Shown here: positions 11,804 to 25,720 of the stretch, piece after piece
How the letters are laid out: the number at the start of each line of letters is the position of its first letter
Position numbering within the stretch: the first letter of the stretch is position 1
Assembly (NCBI GenBank): GCA_004431415.1
Contig: QPMI01000437.1
Location: forward strand, 186,001-250,000
Reading direction: 5' to 3'
Origin: Cyanophora paradoxa CCMP329
Lineage: Eukaryota > Plantae > Glaucophyta
Length of the DNA stretch: 64,000 nucleotides
The notes under the pieces: model-generated
Told to the model about the DNA's origin: nothing
The model's database searches: none
What the model saw: the letters and a program-made list of their open reading frames with translations, nothing else
Translations under genes and position numbers: made by a program

Positions 11804-12839
11804 CGGTCCGGAGAGAAGGTTGGGCCTTGAATTTATTGCACACGGTATACGTACTCATATCTTAGGACTAGCTGATATAGTACAGTTGTAAGCAAGTCTT
11901 CATTATCGGAACTTGCAAACTTGGATTCGACAGGGAAACTTGAAAGAGCCCGAGGGCGGTCGACGTACGCGTCCGGTCCCACGGTTGAGGGAAAGAGGGG
12001 GGTCCCACCGTCTCCCACGGTACCGGCCATGCCATGGTACCCCGGCTCGCGGGCCGGAATCCGAATCCCCGAGCCGCCGGCGCCGTGCTATTATTTATTT
12101 TTGAAAGACTACGTGGGGGGAGCCCCCCGTACTACGTAATATTAAAAGATAACAAAGTAATCACAAATCGAAGATAAAGCAGACAATCGTGCAAATTAAA
12201 GCGTGTATAATCGATGCATATATGACTTTCGAAGCGTGTATGATGACAGGATCGAGGGGGCGCGGGGCGAGCGCGCGGGGTAAACGAACGAGGATCCGGA
12301 AGAGGTCAGACAGCCTCGGTCATAAACGACAAAATTTGAATTAACGAGCGAAAAAGGAGGGAGCTAGCTACATGTAGCGCTAGAAGGTTAGTTACTAGCT
12401 GCAGCCAGTTAGCCTAGCAGTATAACTAACTAACTAAATAGCAATATCGGTAGATTACGTATACGGAAGCAAGCGATCACCCCGACTGACTTCACTCTAC
12501 ATGCGTCGCCAGCGGAAAAGGCGGCGCGATCCGAGGCCTAGGGAGCCTTGTAGGGGCGCCGACGCCGGCGCGCTGCCGCCCAGCGCCGCCGCTAGCTCAG
12601 CGACCGCTGCTGCTCGCGCTCGCGCTCGCTGGCCTCGGGTGCGACTCGGGAGGAGCCTCGCGGGGGCCCGGGGCCGGGGCGCGGGCGGATCCGCAGGAGG
12701 CTCCGCCACGCGAGCGGGGGCGGCCGCTCGGGGACCGCGGCGCGCAGCTCCGACAGGACCCCCTCCAGTCGCTGCCCGCCCGCCCCGAGTCAGTCGGTCA
12801 GTCGGACTAGATAGGAAAGAGCCTGATCTAGGCCTTGAG

Positions 12840-15800
12840 CTAGCTAGCCGCGGTCACGATTCCCGCCTTATATGTATATATATCGCGCGCGAGCGCGCGC
12901 GCGCGCACCCGGATGCGGGGGTGCTCCTCTGTGAACACGTTGCCGAACTTGGTGCGGTAGGTCCGCAGCGCCGACGCGAGCTGAGCAAAGGCAGGCGAGG
13001 GCTTGCCTGTCGGCGAGGCGGGGCGGGATGTCATCGCTCATCTTATAATATGTTTATGCAACTGTTGTTTAGAGACGCACCGTCGTCGCGGAGGGCGAGG
13101 GCGCGGCGGACGAGCTGGTGCGCCAGCATCGGCGTCCGCTCCTCCGGGTCCACCGTCTGGGGGGCGGGAAGGAAGGATACGGAGCAGGTCAAAAGGAGAG
13201 GGACGAAGGAGGATAGCACAAAGATGACTAGGGAGGAGCACCGCTGCCTACGTACCCCCCCAACACCCCTCACCCCCCTAAGAAAACACGCAAAAGTTTT
13301 GCACCTTGACCATACGTATTGCGCTGGAGTGGATGCGCACCCGCAGCGAAGGCTTCATCGTCCGAATCATCGTTTTCGTCTGCGCGCGGTCCCATCGGGG
13401 CACGGGAGAAAGCTTAGCTAGAGCTTAGCTAGAGCTTAGCTAGAACCGAATCTGGGGCTAGAGCTAGAGCTAGAGCTTGATCATGAGCCTGGGCTCTGAA
13501 ATATCGCCGCGCTATGATGTGCAGAGTCGTTCGTATGCCGCCATTTCATCTAGATCTCCCTCAAGGCCTAGGGGCCCAGCCGCGTCCGCGACGTGCCTCC
13601 TGGTGGCCCATCCTGACGGAGGCACGGGGATGAGAAATCGAGGGGGGGGGGGGAAAGGGGGGTACGCCCACCAGTCGAGGTCGGGGAGGGAGGGGTCGTC
13701 GAGGGACGCCAGTAGCCGCAGCGCCTCCTGCCGCACCTGAGGAGACCCGTTACAAGAGCGAAAAGAAAGGCCTCTTGCAAAGAGACGGGCCGGCTTTATA
13801 TAAGAACTGCTTCGAAAAGAGCTATCAAAGGCTCTGAGAGAATTACTAGATAGATCTATAAAATCTCAAAATACGCCGGGAGGCAAGGCGGCGGGCCCGG
13901 CGCACCTGTTCGTGCGCGAACAGTCGCCCTGCAAATCGAAGGGAGGATCAGGTGATCATAAGGTTAACCTTGCTATTTCTCTCGGGGGATCGAGCGCTAG
14001 CTAGCTAGCGCTAGCGGTACGGAGCGGGGTACCGGTGACGAGGAGGTCCGTTGCGTGGACGTGCAGGATCCGTGCCAGCAGGATCCTGCGTGCGCGGGCA
14101 CGGGGCATGAAAATTTAAAGCTGAAAGACGGGGGACGGGGACGGGGGGAAGGGGCTGGGAGCGTGTGTGGGGATGCGGGGGGGGGGGGGGGGGGGGGTAT
14201 TCCGTATGTTCTATGTTCTACCTTCTTCACGTGTGTGTGAGTGTACCGCTATTCTTCTTCTTCTATATATTTTATATGTACTTCTCTCTAGGAGAAGGGG
14301 GGGGGGGTACGCGAACTCGTGACCGGGGCCGAGGCTGCGGACGACGTCGACGGCGCGGGCGGAGAGGGCGCAGGAGCCGGCCGTGTTGGACACAACGCGG
14401 CACGCCGTCACTGCGGCCGCGATCAGCGGCTCATGATTAGACCTAGGCGCGTGTCACACGGTTCCCAGACGCAGAGCGCGTCTCCTATAACTAGCTTAGA
14501 CCAACTACAGCTAATATAACCTGAGCTTCATGATGAGCTGAACCCTCCTAACTCTTGTTATAGCTTAGTGAGACCTTTTCGCTTCTGCCATTTGCAGTGC
14601 AATTGTTATGAGCGACAGTGCCATTTGCATCCACTCTAGATCTGACCGCCCCGGCCCGCCCCGCCCCGCCCCTGAGCGGCCGGGGCACGCACGCTGCGCA
14701 AGGAGAACGTGTAGTTGCGACATGACCGCCTCGGTGCTCTCCCCGCGCAGTGCGTAGCACTGACCGCGAGGGTCAGAGGGGCAAGACGCACGGGAGGCCC
14801 GCGCCCCTTCTCTCTTTCGTCTATCTCAGAGCCCTCTCAAAGCGTTCTGGAGCGTTCTAAATTTAAAGAAAGTCGCCCGTCTATCTTAGAGCGCTCTCAA
14901 GCTTCCTACGGACGACCTCCTCCGGTCCGTAGGCGTGCCCTAAGGCGCATAATTATAAGACGCGCTTCTCAGATCGAGCTCTTATAATTATACACGGGGC
15001 GCCACCGCCGCACCTTCTCGGCGATGTGGAGGCCGAGCCTGATCTGCTGCGTCCCGTCTGCCGGAGCGCGACGCTCGGCTCAGATGTACCCCCCAAGGGG
15101 GAGGGAGAAGGGAGGGGGTACACTGGAGCTCGGCGAGGGGGGGGATGAGGGCGGCCTCCATTGGGGACGGCGTCATGTGGCGCTTCTGGAGCTCCGACCA
15201 CGCCTGGGGGTACACGTTCAGCGGGGGGAGGGGGTGAGTTCCGGGGGGTACGGCCCGACCTCGAAGTAGTGGCCGATCGCCTCCTCTTTCTTCTCGAACT
15301 GGCCGGGTCGAATTATTGAGGGGGTACCGCGGGATGCGCCCGCTTCCGATCGCGACGCGAACGCGTACCCTGTCTAATGCAAACGCTTGGAGCAGAATCG
15401 CTTTAGGCCGGAGGGGCCCGGGCGAGTCTTCATGCCTGTTGGCGAGCTGCTGTACCCTCCACAGGAGCTGCGCGGCGGTCGGGGGACGCTCGGCCGGGAG
15501 GGGGTACCGCAATTCGCACGCGGGACGTCAGCTCCCAATCCAGCGCGAAGAGGTCCTCGCTGGCCCGCGGAATCTCCACGGTACCCGTCTTTTGGGAAGG
15601 GGGGACGGAGAACGGCGTAAGCATCGATGCTAGCCGGGGCTTGGAGGGGGGAGCGATGGGATGGGGGTACCAGGATGAGCGCGGTCGCGTGGTCGATGAC
15701 GGTCTCGGCTTCTTCGGTGGAGAGTGGCGCCGGCCCGACGTACTGGAGGGCGGCAACTAGCGCCTGCAGCACTCCGCGGGCCTGCGGGGGGTAAGAAAAT

Positions 15801-16538
15801 GAGGGGGGGCAAGAGCGGGGGGGGGGGGTACCAGGCGGGGGTCGTGGGAGGCGCGGAGGGCGGCGAGGGCGCGGCGGGCGTTCATGCGGCCCTTGATGGT
15901 TCGGAAGAGGTGCGAGCACAGGAGCCGAGCGTCGGAGAGGGTCTGGCGCGCAGGGAGGGAGGGAGGGAGGGAGGGGTACATGAGCGAGGAGCTGTGGCTC
16001 GGGGGCGGGGGCGGGGCGCACCAGCGCGAGCCGCTCGGCGAGCGCCGCGCGCCCCGCGGCAGCGGAGCGGAGCGCGTTCGCGATCCGGAGGGCCTCAGTA
16101 AGGCCCAGGACATCGTTCACCAAGGCCTCTCCGGGCGCGCCCGGCGGCAGCAGGTACGGCGGGTTGCTCTGCCGGCAGGCGTCGGCACCGGCATCGGCGG
16201 CTGGAGCGCGGGCGAGGGGAGCGCACGGGTTGCCGGACGAAAGGGCCCACGATGGGCGGTGAGTCCGGGATCTCTTGGCCATGGGCGGAGGCGCCCCCGC
16301 CGGCGGCGCCGCCGGCGGCGCCCGAGCCGCTGGAAGGCGGCCGCGGCACCTCCGACGGCTCCGCCTCCGTCTCCGGCTCCTCGGACTCGAACTCGGGTAC
16401 GCGCAGGGCCTGCGCGGCGCGCACGACGGCGTGGCCGGAGAGGAACTCGAGCCCGCGGCCGTCGCCCTGTCCAGACTCCCATGCTTCTACGTTGCTGCTA
16501 ATCTCGGGATGCGGGGGCGCAGCGGCCCACGCTTGCAT
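12840..16538 (-). CDS. Uncharacterised multi-exon helical-repeat protein, paralog A
   Basis: Exon-by-exon homology to 17409-21205 on the opposite strand, with introns diverged more than exons. Starts MQAWAAAPPHPEISS and ends ...FGNVFTEEHPRIRVRARALARDIYTYKAGIVTAAS. Frame integrity not fully verified. Confidence 0.65.
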
Positions 16539-17408
16539 TGGGTCCTAGGCCTAGGCCTGCTGCGTGGCGCCGGCGGAATACTACTTAGTAGTCGGGATGC
16601 GACGTGAGCGCGACGCGCTCGCGGTGCGGCTGCACTGCAAATGAAAGTTGAGGCTGTGCTGCCGCTGCGCATTCGCATGCGGTTCGCCGCGGCAGCACGG
16701 CCAGCAGACCAGGAATCCTGCTTCTAGGGACTGTATGATCGAGCTCTAGATCTTCCGAGCCTCTTCGGCGAAGTTCGGGGTCCGCAGCGAAGCGGTGAAT
16801 TGCAATTTGGAATTTCCCCCGGATGTCGATTCCCCGAAAGGTGGGAGCCTCTGGGAGGGTACCGACTGACGTTGAATTTGTCGTACCCGCAGTACAGTAC
16901 ATAAGAGTTCCAAGTTCGGGCAGCACTGCTGCGCAGCGAACTGTCGAGGTCGCGTCGACGGCGGCGCTGCCATCTGCATGTGCCAACGCAACGTGAACGC
17001 ATGCGCAATGGCGCCGTGAAGACGTCGACGGGTACACCCCGCGGATAAGTGAGCAGGCTGTACCCTCTCAGCTCCCGCTCGTACCCCTCTCTTCAATTGG
17101 CCGCTTCGCTCCATGGGGTTCGCCGGGCCCTCAGCTGCAGAAACGTGCGCGCGTCGACTTGCTAGTGTTGACACAAGTTGCCAGGCTTGGGCGAGACGCA
17201 GAGTAGTGCAGTAGTGCATAGCATAGAATAGATCTGACGTTGAACGGGGCGGCCCTAGGCCTGGTCTGCTGGCCGTGCTGCCGCGGCGAACCGCATGCGG
17301 ATGCGCAGCGGCAGCACAGCCTTCAGCTTCAATTGCCGTGCAGCGGCGTGAGCGCGTCGCGCGCACGCCGCATCCGGACCCGCAGCCGCACCCGTGCCGC
17401 AGGGCCCG

Positions 17409-20400
17409 ATGCAAGCGTGGCCGTGGGCCGCTGCGCCCCCGCAGCCCGAGATAAGCAGCAAGGTAGAAGCATGGGACTCGGGACAGGGCCACGGGCTCGA
17501 GTACCTCTCCGGCCACGTCGGGGTGCGCGCTGCGGAGGCCATGCGCGTGCCTGAGTTCGTAGAGCCGGAGTCGGAGGCGGAGCTGTCGGAGGCGCCGCGG
17601 CCGCCTTCGAGCGGCTCGGGCGCCGCCGGCGGCGCCTCCGCCCAAGAGATCCCGGACTCGCCGCCCATCGTGGGCCCCTTCTTCCGGCAGCCCGTGCGCG
17701 CGCTTCCCTCGCCGAGTCGCCCGCGCCCCCGCCGCCGATATCGATGCCAGTGCCGACGCCGGCCGGCAGAGCCACCCGCCGTACCTGCTGCCGCCGGGCG
17801 CGCCCGGAGAGGCCTTGGTGAACGATGTCCTGGGCCTTACTGAGGCCCTCCGGATCGCGAACGCGCTCCGCTCCGCTGCCGCGGGGCGCGCGGCGCTCGC
17901 CGAGCGGCTCGCGCTGGTGCGCCCCGCCCCCGCCCCCGGGCCGGAGCCCCTCGCTCATGTACCCCTCCCTCCCTCCCTCCATGCGCGCCAGACCCTCTCC
18001 GACGCTCGGCTCCTGTGCTCGCACCTCTTTCGAACCATGCGGGGCCGCATGAACGCCCGCCGCGCCCTCGCCGCCCTCCGCGCCTCCCACGACCCCCGCC
18101 TGGTACCCCCCTCCGCCCTTGCTCCCCCCATCATTTCCTTACCCCTCCGCAGGCCCGCGGAGTGCTGCAGGCGCTGGTTGCCGCCCTCCAGCACGCCGGG
18201 CCGGCGCCCTTCTCTGCCGAGGAAGCCGAGACCGTCATCGACCACGCGACCGCGCTCCTCCTGGTACCCCCATCCCATCGCCCCCCCCTCCAAGCCCCGG
18301 CCAGCATCGACAACTCCGTCTTACCCCCCACCCCCTCCCTCAAAGACGGGTACCGTGGAGATGCCGCGGGCCAGCGAGGACCTCTTCGCGCTGGATTGGG
18401 ACCTGACGTCCCGCGTGCGAATTGACGTGCCCCTCCCGGCCGAGCGTCCCTGCCCCCGACCGCCGCGCAGCTCCTGGGGAGGGTACAGCAGCTCGCCAAC
18501 GAGCACGCGGACTCGCCCGGGCCCCTCCGGCCCAAAGCGATTCTGCTCCACGCGTCCGCATTGGACAGGGTACGCGTACGCGTCGCGATCGGAAGCGGGC
18601 GCATCCCGCGGTACCCCTCCCCCCCCGAATATTTCGATCCGGCCAGTTCGAGAAGAAAGAGGAGGCGATCGGCCACTACTTCGAGGTCGGGCCGTACCCC
18701 CCGGAACTCACCCCCCCCCCGCTGAACGTGTACCCCCAGGCGTGGTCGGAGCTCCAGAAGCGCCACATGACGCCGTCTCCAATGGAGGCCGCCCTCATCC
18801 CCGCACTCGCCGAGCTCCAGTGTACCCCCCTCCCCTCCCTTCCCCCCCCCTTGGGGGTACCTCTGAGTTAGATGACGCCCTCCGACAGACGGGACGCAGC
18901 AGATCAGGCTCGGCCTCCACATCGCCGAGAAGGTGCGGCGCCTCCAGACGGGGGTGCGGGCTTCTCTTATGTCGTACCCCTCCGATCCTCGCGAGCAGTG
19001 CTACGCTCTGCGCGGGGAGAGCACCGAGGCGGTCGTCTCGCAGGTCATCGTGCTGCACGCGCAGCGTGCGTGCGCCGGCCGCCCCGGGCGCCGGGGCGGC
19101 CATGATAAGAAGCGATAGGATAATATACACAAGGAACACGCTCTGCGATGCGTTTGGGAACCATAAGAGCCATAAGCTGGAGAGTCAGGAGAGTTTAGTT
19201 CAAGCTTGAGATAGCTAGCCGTATTGACAATGAGGGCGCGGCCGCAGTGACGGCGTGCCGGGTCGTGTCTGACGCGGCCTCACTAAGCTAGAACAAGAGT
19301 TAGGAGGGTTCAGCTGATCATGAATCTAAGGTTAGCTGTAGTTGGTCTCAGCTAGTTATAGCTGTAGTTGGTCTCAGCTAATTATAGGAGTCGCGCTCTG
19401 CGTCTGGGAACCGTGTCACATGCGCCCAGGCCTAATCATGAGCCGCTGATCACGAGCGCAGTGACGGCGTGCCGCGTGGTCTCGGATGCAGCCGGCTCCT
19501 GCGCCCTCTCCTCCCGCGCCGTCGACGCCGCCCGCAGCCTCGGGCCCGGGCACGAGTTCGCGTACCCCCCCCCTTCTCCTAGAGAGAAGTGCATTTCGAA
19601 GATAGAAGAAGAAAAAAGAAGGTAGAACATACGGAATACCCCCCTCCTCCTCCTCCTCCCCCCCCCCCCCCACACACACCCACCCCTTCCCCCTCCCCCC
19701 TCCGGATCCGCCCCCCCCCCCGCCCCGCTTCCCTCCGTCCTCGTCCTCCCGTCTTTCAGCTCTAGCTTTCTGATTCCCTGCGCCCTGCGCACGCAGGTTG
19801 CTGCTGGCGCGTATCCTGCACGTCCACGCAACGGACCTCGTCGTCACCGGTACCCCCCCCCTTTGTTACCCTGTCCCTCCGAGATCGCCTGAGATAAATA
19901 TCCATCTGATCCCTTCGATTCCATTTGCAGGGAGACTGTTCGCGCACGAGCGGGTGCGCCGGACCCGCCGCCTCGCCTCCCGCGTCTGATAAGATTTTAA
20001 AGATCTAGCGCCGGTCTTTCTCAAAGCCTTTGATAGCTCTTTTCGAAACAGTTCTTATATAAGGCTGACCCGTCTTTTTGCAAGAGGCTTTTCCTTTCGC
20101 TCTGCTTGTGACGGTTCTCCTTAGGTGCGGCAGGAGGCGCTGCGGCTTCTGGTCTCCCTCGACGACCCCTCGCTCCCCGACCTCGACTGGTGGGCGTACC
20201 CCCCCCCGCTTCCCCCCCCTCGAATTCTCATCCCCGTGCCTCCGGTAGGATGGGCCACCAGGAGGCACGTCGCGGACGCGGCTGGGCCCCTAGGCCTTGA
20301 GGGAGATCTAGATGAAATGGCGGTCGCAAATCTGCTTCGAAACGCACGAATCATCCTTCGATATAATTTAGAGATATAAGGAAGAGGGACCTTAAATCGT

Positions 20401-21205
20401 TCTTCGCGATGGGGTTTTTTTACTAAATTGTCTACCCCGCCCCACGCTCGGACCGGCGTAACCGCAGACCAAGACGATGATCCGGACTATGAGGCCGTCG
20501 CTGCGGGTGCGCGTGCACTCTGCTGCCATACGTGCGGTCAGGGTACGAAATCTCTCCGTGTTTTGTTAGGCGGAAGTGGGGGGGGGGGGGGGGGGGGGGG
20601 CGGCAGTGCTTCTCCTTCTTCTTTATGCTATCGCTAGCTGTTAGACAGCAGCGCTTCTCCTTCGCCTTATCTTTCTTTGTGCTATCTGTTTGTCCATCTC
20701 CTTCGGACATGATCCTTCGCGCCCCGCCCGCCACCCCTCCCCGCCCCACGCCGCCCCACCCCCACCCTATCTACTCGCCCGCCTCCTTCTGATCATGACC
20801 TTTCCCTCCGCCTCTGCCAGGCGGCGGACCCGGAGGAGCGGACGCCGATGCTGGCGCACCAGCTCGTCCGCCGCGCCCTCGCCCTCCGCGACGACGGTGC
20901 GCTTCTCAAAAACAGTTGCATAAAAAAAACATATTATAAGATGGGCGATGACAGCCCGATATATATAAGATGGGCGATAAGTTGCATAACAGTTGCATAA
21001 ACATATTATAAAATGAGCGATGACAGCCAGCCCTGACCGCCCCGCCCCGCCCCGCCCCGCCTCGCCTGTAGGCAAGACCTCGCCGGCCGTCGCTCAGCTC
21101 GCGTCGGCGCTGCGGACCTACCGCACCAAGTTCGGCAACGTATTCACCGACGAGCACCCCCGCATCCGGGTGCGCGTGGCCGTGGCTAGCTACATGTACA
21201 GCTAG
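17409..21205 (+). CDS. Uncharacterised multi-exon helical-repeat protein, paralog B
   Basis: MQAWPWAAAPPQPEISS... then exons ALVNDVLGLTEALRIANAL, FEKKEEAIGHYFE, LLLARILHVHATDL, VRQEALRLLVSLDDPSLPDLDWW and ALRTYRTKFGNVFTDEHPRIRVR, each with GT/AG boundaries. Confidence 0.65.
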
Positions 21206-24200
21206 AGGCCTAGATCGGGCTTTCTGTCTAGCCTGCAATCATACCCAGGGCTGCCCGACTGACTCCGGGGGTCCGCACGCGCGGGCAGCGGCTGGAAGCG
21301 GTTCTCGCGGAGCTGCGCGCCACGGCCCCCGAGCGGCCGCCCCCGCTCGCGTGGCGCAGGCTCCTGCGCCTCCCCGTCGGCCCCGCGCGCGGCTCCTCCC
21401 AAGTCGCGCCCGAGGCCAGCGCAAGCAGCAGCAGCAACAGCAGCGGCTGAGCCAGCGGCAGCGCTGAGCGGCAGCGCGCCGGCGCCCTCACGAGGCCCCC
21501 TCGTGATCGCGCCGCCTTTTCCGCTGGCGACGTCGACGCACGCATGTATCATAGTATAGTTAAGTCAGTTGGCGGTAAGCCTCCGTGATTATAGTCTACC
21601 TATCTCTTATTCGACTAATTTGAAGTGCTAGCTTAGCTCCTTTCCCTTTTCTCTCTTTCAAATTTTGTCTTTCTTGAAAGCCGTCTTCCAGCCCGGCGGC
21701 CCGTTTGTCTCTAGAGCTGCGGCCGTCCTCGTCGCCCCAGCCCTCGAGATAGATGCCCTCATGCCTCGTCGTCGCTCGCCGAGAGTCGTACACGTGCATG
21801 TAGTCATACCGCTCTCGTGCCCTCGATCCTGTCATCATAAATGCTTTGAATGTCTTCATGATCACTATGCGCAGAAAAATCAATATGCAACGTTAACATT
21901 GATTATCTCAGTCTGCGAACAGCTTAGGGGGTATACCCTTCGATGGTACACCAGGCTTAGCCTAGTAGCGATGGACTGGGGAAGGGCTAAGTAAACATCT
22001 CCCGGGAGTCCAGCTGCAGCAACCGTGCGCGTGCATGTGCCGCGCGCGGGAATGTGCCGCGCGCGGGACATTAATTGCAAGGGGGGACGAAGACCGAAGG
22101 GCTTCTCCCAGCTTGCTTCCCGTTCCCTCGCTTCAGCCAAAAATTTTCCACGAGGCCGTTTTCGAGGGCCAGTATGCAACACCAGAAAAAAATGGTGCTT
22201 GATTCGCGTTCCGATTGGCTCGGTGGACCGGTCAGCTTTCGACTTTCGAGCGTCAAAGTCGAGCTCGCGAGAGCTCTCTCGAACTCGCGAAAAGTGGTTT
22301 TTGAGGGGAAAACCAACTTCTCTCTCACTCCGGGCTCTTCCTTGCAATTGCGCGGTTCTAGCTGCATTGCACCACTTCTCCCTAGCTGTCTCCTCTAGAT
22401 TAATATTTCGGCTTTCGCAGTGCGCCGCGTACGCCTTGCTCTTCGTCGCGCGGTTCTGCATGGAACCACTTCTCCCTAGCGCTCCTAGTGCTGGCCGCCG
22501 GGCGCACCAGCTCGTCCGCCGGGCCCTCGCCCTCCGCGACGACGGTGCGCTTGACGATGACAGCTCGATAAATATATTAGATGGGCGATAAGTTGCATAA
22601 CAGTTGCATAAACATATTATATATAAGATGCGCAATGACAGCCAGCCCTGATCATGACCGCCCCGCCCCGTCCCGCCCCGCCTCGCCTGTAGGCAAGCCC
22701 TCGCCGGCCGTCGCTCAGCTCGCGTCGGCGCTGCGGACCTACCGCACCAAGTTCGGCAACGTATTCACCGACGAGCACCCCCGCGTCCGGGTGCGCGCGG
22801 CCGTGGCTAGCTACATGTACAGCTAGAGGCCTAGATCGGGCTTTCTGTCTAGCCTGCAATCATACCCAGGGCTGCCCGACTGACTCCGGGGGTCCGCACG
22901 CGCGGGCAGCGGCTGGAAGCGGTTCTCGCGGAGCTGCGCGCCACGGCCCCCGAGCGGCCGCCCCCGCTCGCGTGGCGCAGGCTCCTGCGCCTCCCCGTCG
23001 GCCCCGCGCGCGGCTCCTCCCAAGTCGCGCCCGAGGCCAGCGCAAGCAGCAGCAGCAACAGCAGCGGCTGAGCCAGCGGCAGCGCTGAGCGGCAGCGCGC
23101 CGGCGCCCCACGAGGCCCCCTCGTGATCGCGCCGCCTTTTCCGCTGGCGACGTCGACGCACGCATGTATCATAGTATAGTTAAGTCAGTTGGCGGTAAGC
23201 CTCCGTGATTATAGTCTACCTATCTCTTATTCGACTAATTTGAAGTGCTAGCTTAGCTCCTTTCCCTTTTCTCTCTTTCAAATTTTGTCTTTCTTGAAAG
23301 CCGTCTTCCAGCCCGGCGGCCCGTTTGTCTCTAGAGCTGCGGCCGTTCTCGTCGCCCCAGCCTCGAGATAGATGCCCTCATGCCTCGTCGTCGCTCGCCG
23401 AGAGTCGTACACGTGCATGTAGTCATACCGCTCTCGTGCCCTCGATCCTGTCATCATAAATGCTTTGAATGTCTTCATGATCACTATGCGCAGAAAAATC
23501 AATATGCAACGTTAACATTGATTATCTCAGTCTGCGAACAGCTTAGGGGGTATACCCTTCGATGGTACACCAGGCTTAGCCTAGTAGCGATGGACTGGGG
23601 AAGGGCTAAGTAAACATCTCCCGGGAGTCCAGCTGCAGCAACCGTGCGCGTGCATGTGCCGCGCGCGGGAATGTGCCGCGCGCGGGACATTAATTGCAAG
23701 GGGGACGAAGACCGAAGGGCTTCTCCCAGCTTGCTTCCCGTTCCCTCGCTTCAGCCAAAAATTTTCCACGAGGCCGTTTTCGAGGGCCAGTATGCAACAC
23801 CAGAAAAAAATGGTGCTTGATTCGCGTTCCGATTGGCTCGGTGGACCGGTCAGCTTTCGACTTTCGAGCGTCAAAGTCGAGCTCGCGAGAGCTCTCTCGA
23901 ACTCGCGAAAAGTGGTTTTTGAGGGAAAAACCAACTTCTCTCTCACTCCGGGCTCTTCCTTGCAATTGCGCGGTTCTAGCTGCATTGCACCACTTCTCCC
24001 TAGCTGTCTCCTCTAGATTAATATTTCGGCTTTCGCAGTGCGCCGCGTACGCCTTGCTCTTCGTCGCGCGGTTCTGCATGGAACCACTTCTCCCTAGCGC
24101 TCCTAGTGCTGGCCGCCGGGCGCACCAGCTCGTCCGCCGGGCCCTCGCCCTCCGCGACGACGGTGCGCTTGACGATGACAGCTCGATAAATATATTAGAT

Positions 24201-25720
24201 GGGCGATAAGTTGCATAACAGTTGCATAAACATATTATATATAAGATGCGCAATGACAGCCAGCCCTGATCATGACCGCCCCGCCCCGTCCCGCCCCGCC
24301 TCGCCTGTAGGCAAGCCCTCGCCGGCCGTCGCTCAGCTCGCGTCGGCGCTGCGGACCTACCGCACCAAGTTCGGCAACGTATTCACCGACGAGCACCCCC
24401 GCGTCCGGGTGCGCGCGGCCGTGGCTAGCTACATGTACAGCTAGAGGCCTAGATCGGGCTTTCTGTCTAGCCTGCAATCATACCCAGGGCTGCCCGACTG
24501 ACTCCGGGGGTCCGCACGCGCGGGCAGCGGCTGGAAGCGGTTCTCGCGGAGCTGCGCGCCACGGCCCCCGAGCGGCCGCCCCCGCTCGCGTGGCGCAGGC
24601 TCCTGCGCCTCCCCGTCGGCCCCGCGCGCGGCTCCTCCCAAGTCGCGCCCGAGGCCAGCGCAAGCAGCAGCAGCAACAGCAGCGGCTGAGCCAGCGGCAG
24701 CGCTGAGCGGCAGCGCGCCGGCGCCCCCACGAGGCCCCCTCGTGATCGCGCCGCCTTTTCCGCTGGCGACGTCGACGCACGCATGTATCATAGTATAGTT
24801 AAGTCAGTTGGCGGTAAGCCTCCGTGATTATAGTCTACCTATCTCTTATTCGACTAATTTGAAGTGCTAGCTTAGCTCCTTTCCCTTTTCTCTCTTTCAA
24901 ATTTTGTCTTTCTTGAAAGCCGTCTTCCAGCCCGGCGGCCCGTTTGTCTCTAGAGCTGCGGCCGTTCTCGTCGCCCCAGCCTCGAGATAGATGCCCTCAT
25001 GCCTCGTCGTCGCTCGCCGAGAGTCGTACACGTGCATGTAGTCATACCGCTCTCGTGCCCTCGATCCTGTCATCATAAATGCTTTGAATGTCTTCATGAT
25101 CACTATGCGCAGAAAAATCAATATGCAACGTTAACATTGATTATCTCAGTCTGCGAACAGCTTAGGGGTATACCCTTCGATGGTACACCAGGCTTAGCCT
25201 AGTAGCGATGGACTGGGGAAGGGCTAAGTAAACATCTCCCGGGAGTCCAGCTGCAGCAACCGTGCGCGTGCATGTGCCGCGCGCGGGAATGTGCCGCGCG
25301 CGGGACATTAATTGCAAGGGGGGACGAAGACCGAAGGGCTTCTCCCAGCTTGCTTCCCGTTCCCTCGCTTCAGCCAAAAATTTTCCACGAGGCCGTTTTC
25401 GAGGGCCAGTATGCAACACCAGAAAAAAATGGTGCTTGATTCGCGTTCCGATTGGCTCGGTGGACCGGTCAGCTTTCGACTTTCGAGCGTCAAAGTCGAG
25501 CTCGCGAGAGCTCTCTCGAACTCGCGAAAAGTGGTTTTTGAGGGAAAAACCAACTTCTCTCTCACTCCGGGCTCTTCCTTGCAATTGCGCGGTTCTAGCT
25601 GCATTGCACCACTTCTCCCTAGCTGTCTCCTCTAGATTAATATTTCGGCTTTCGCAGTGCGCCGCGTACGCCTTGCTCTTCGTCGCGCGGTTCTGCATGG
25701 AACCACTTCTCCCTAGCGCT
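20853..25720 (+). repeat. Three-copy tandem array, period ~1.62 kb
   Basis: CTCGCCTGTAGGCAAG at about 21061, 22682 and 24300. Each unit holds the last two exons of paralog B, its 3' flank and the 5' ~400 bp of the Helitron-like element. Confidence 0.95.
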
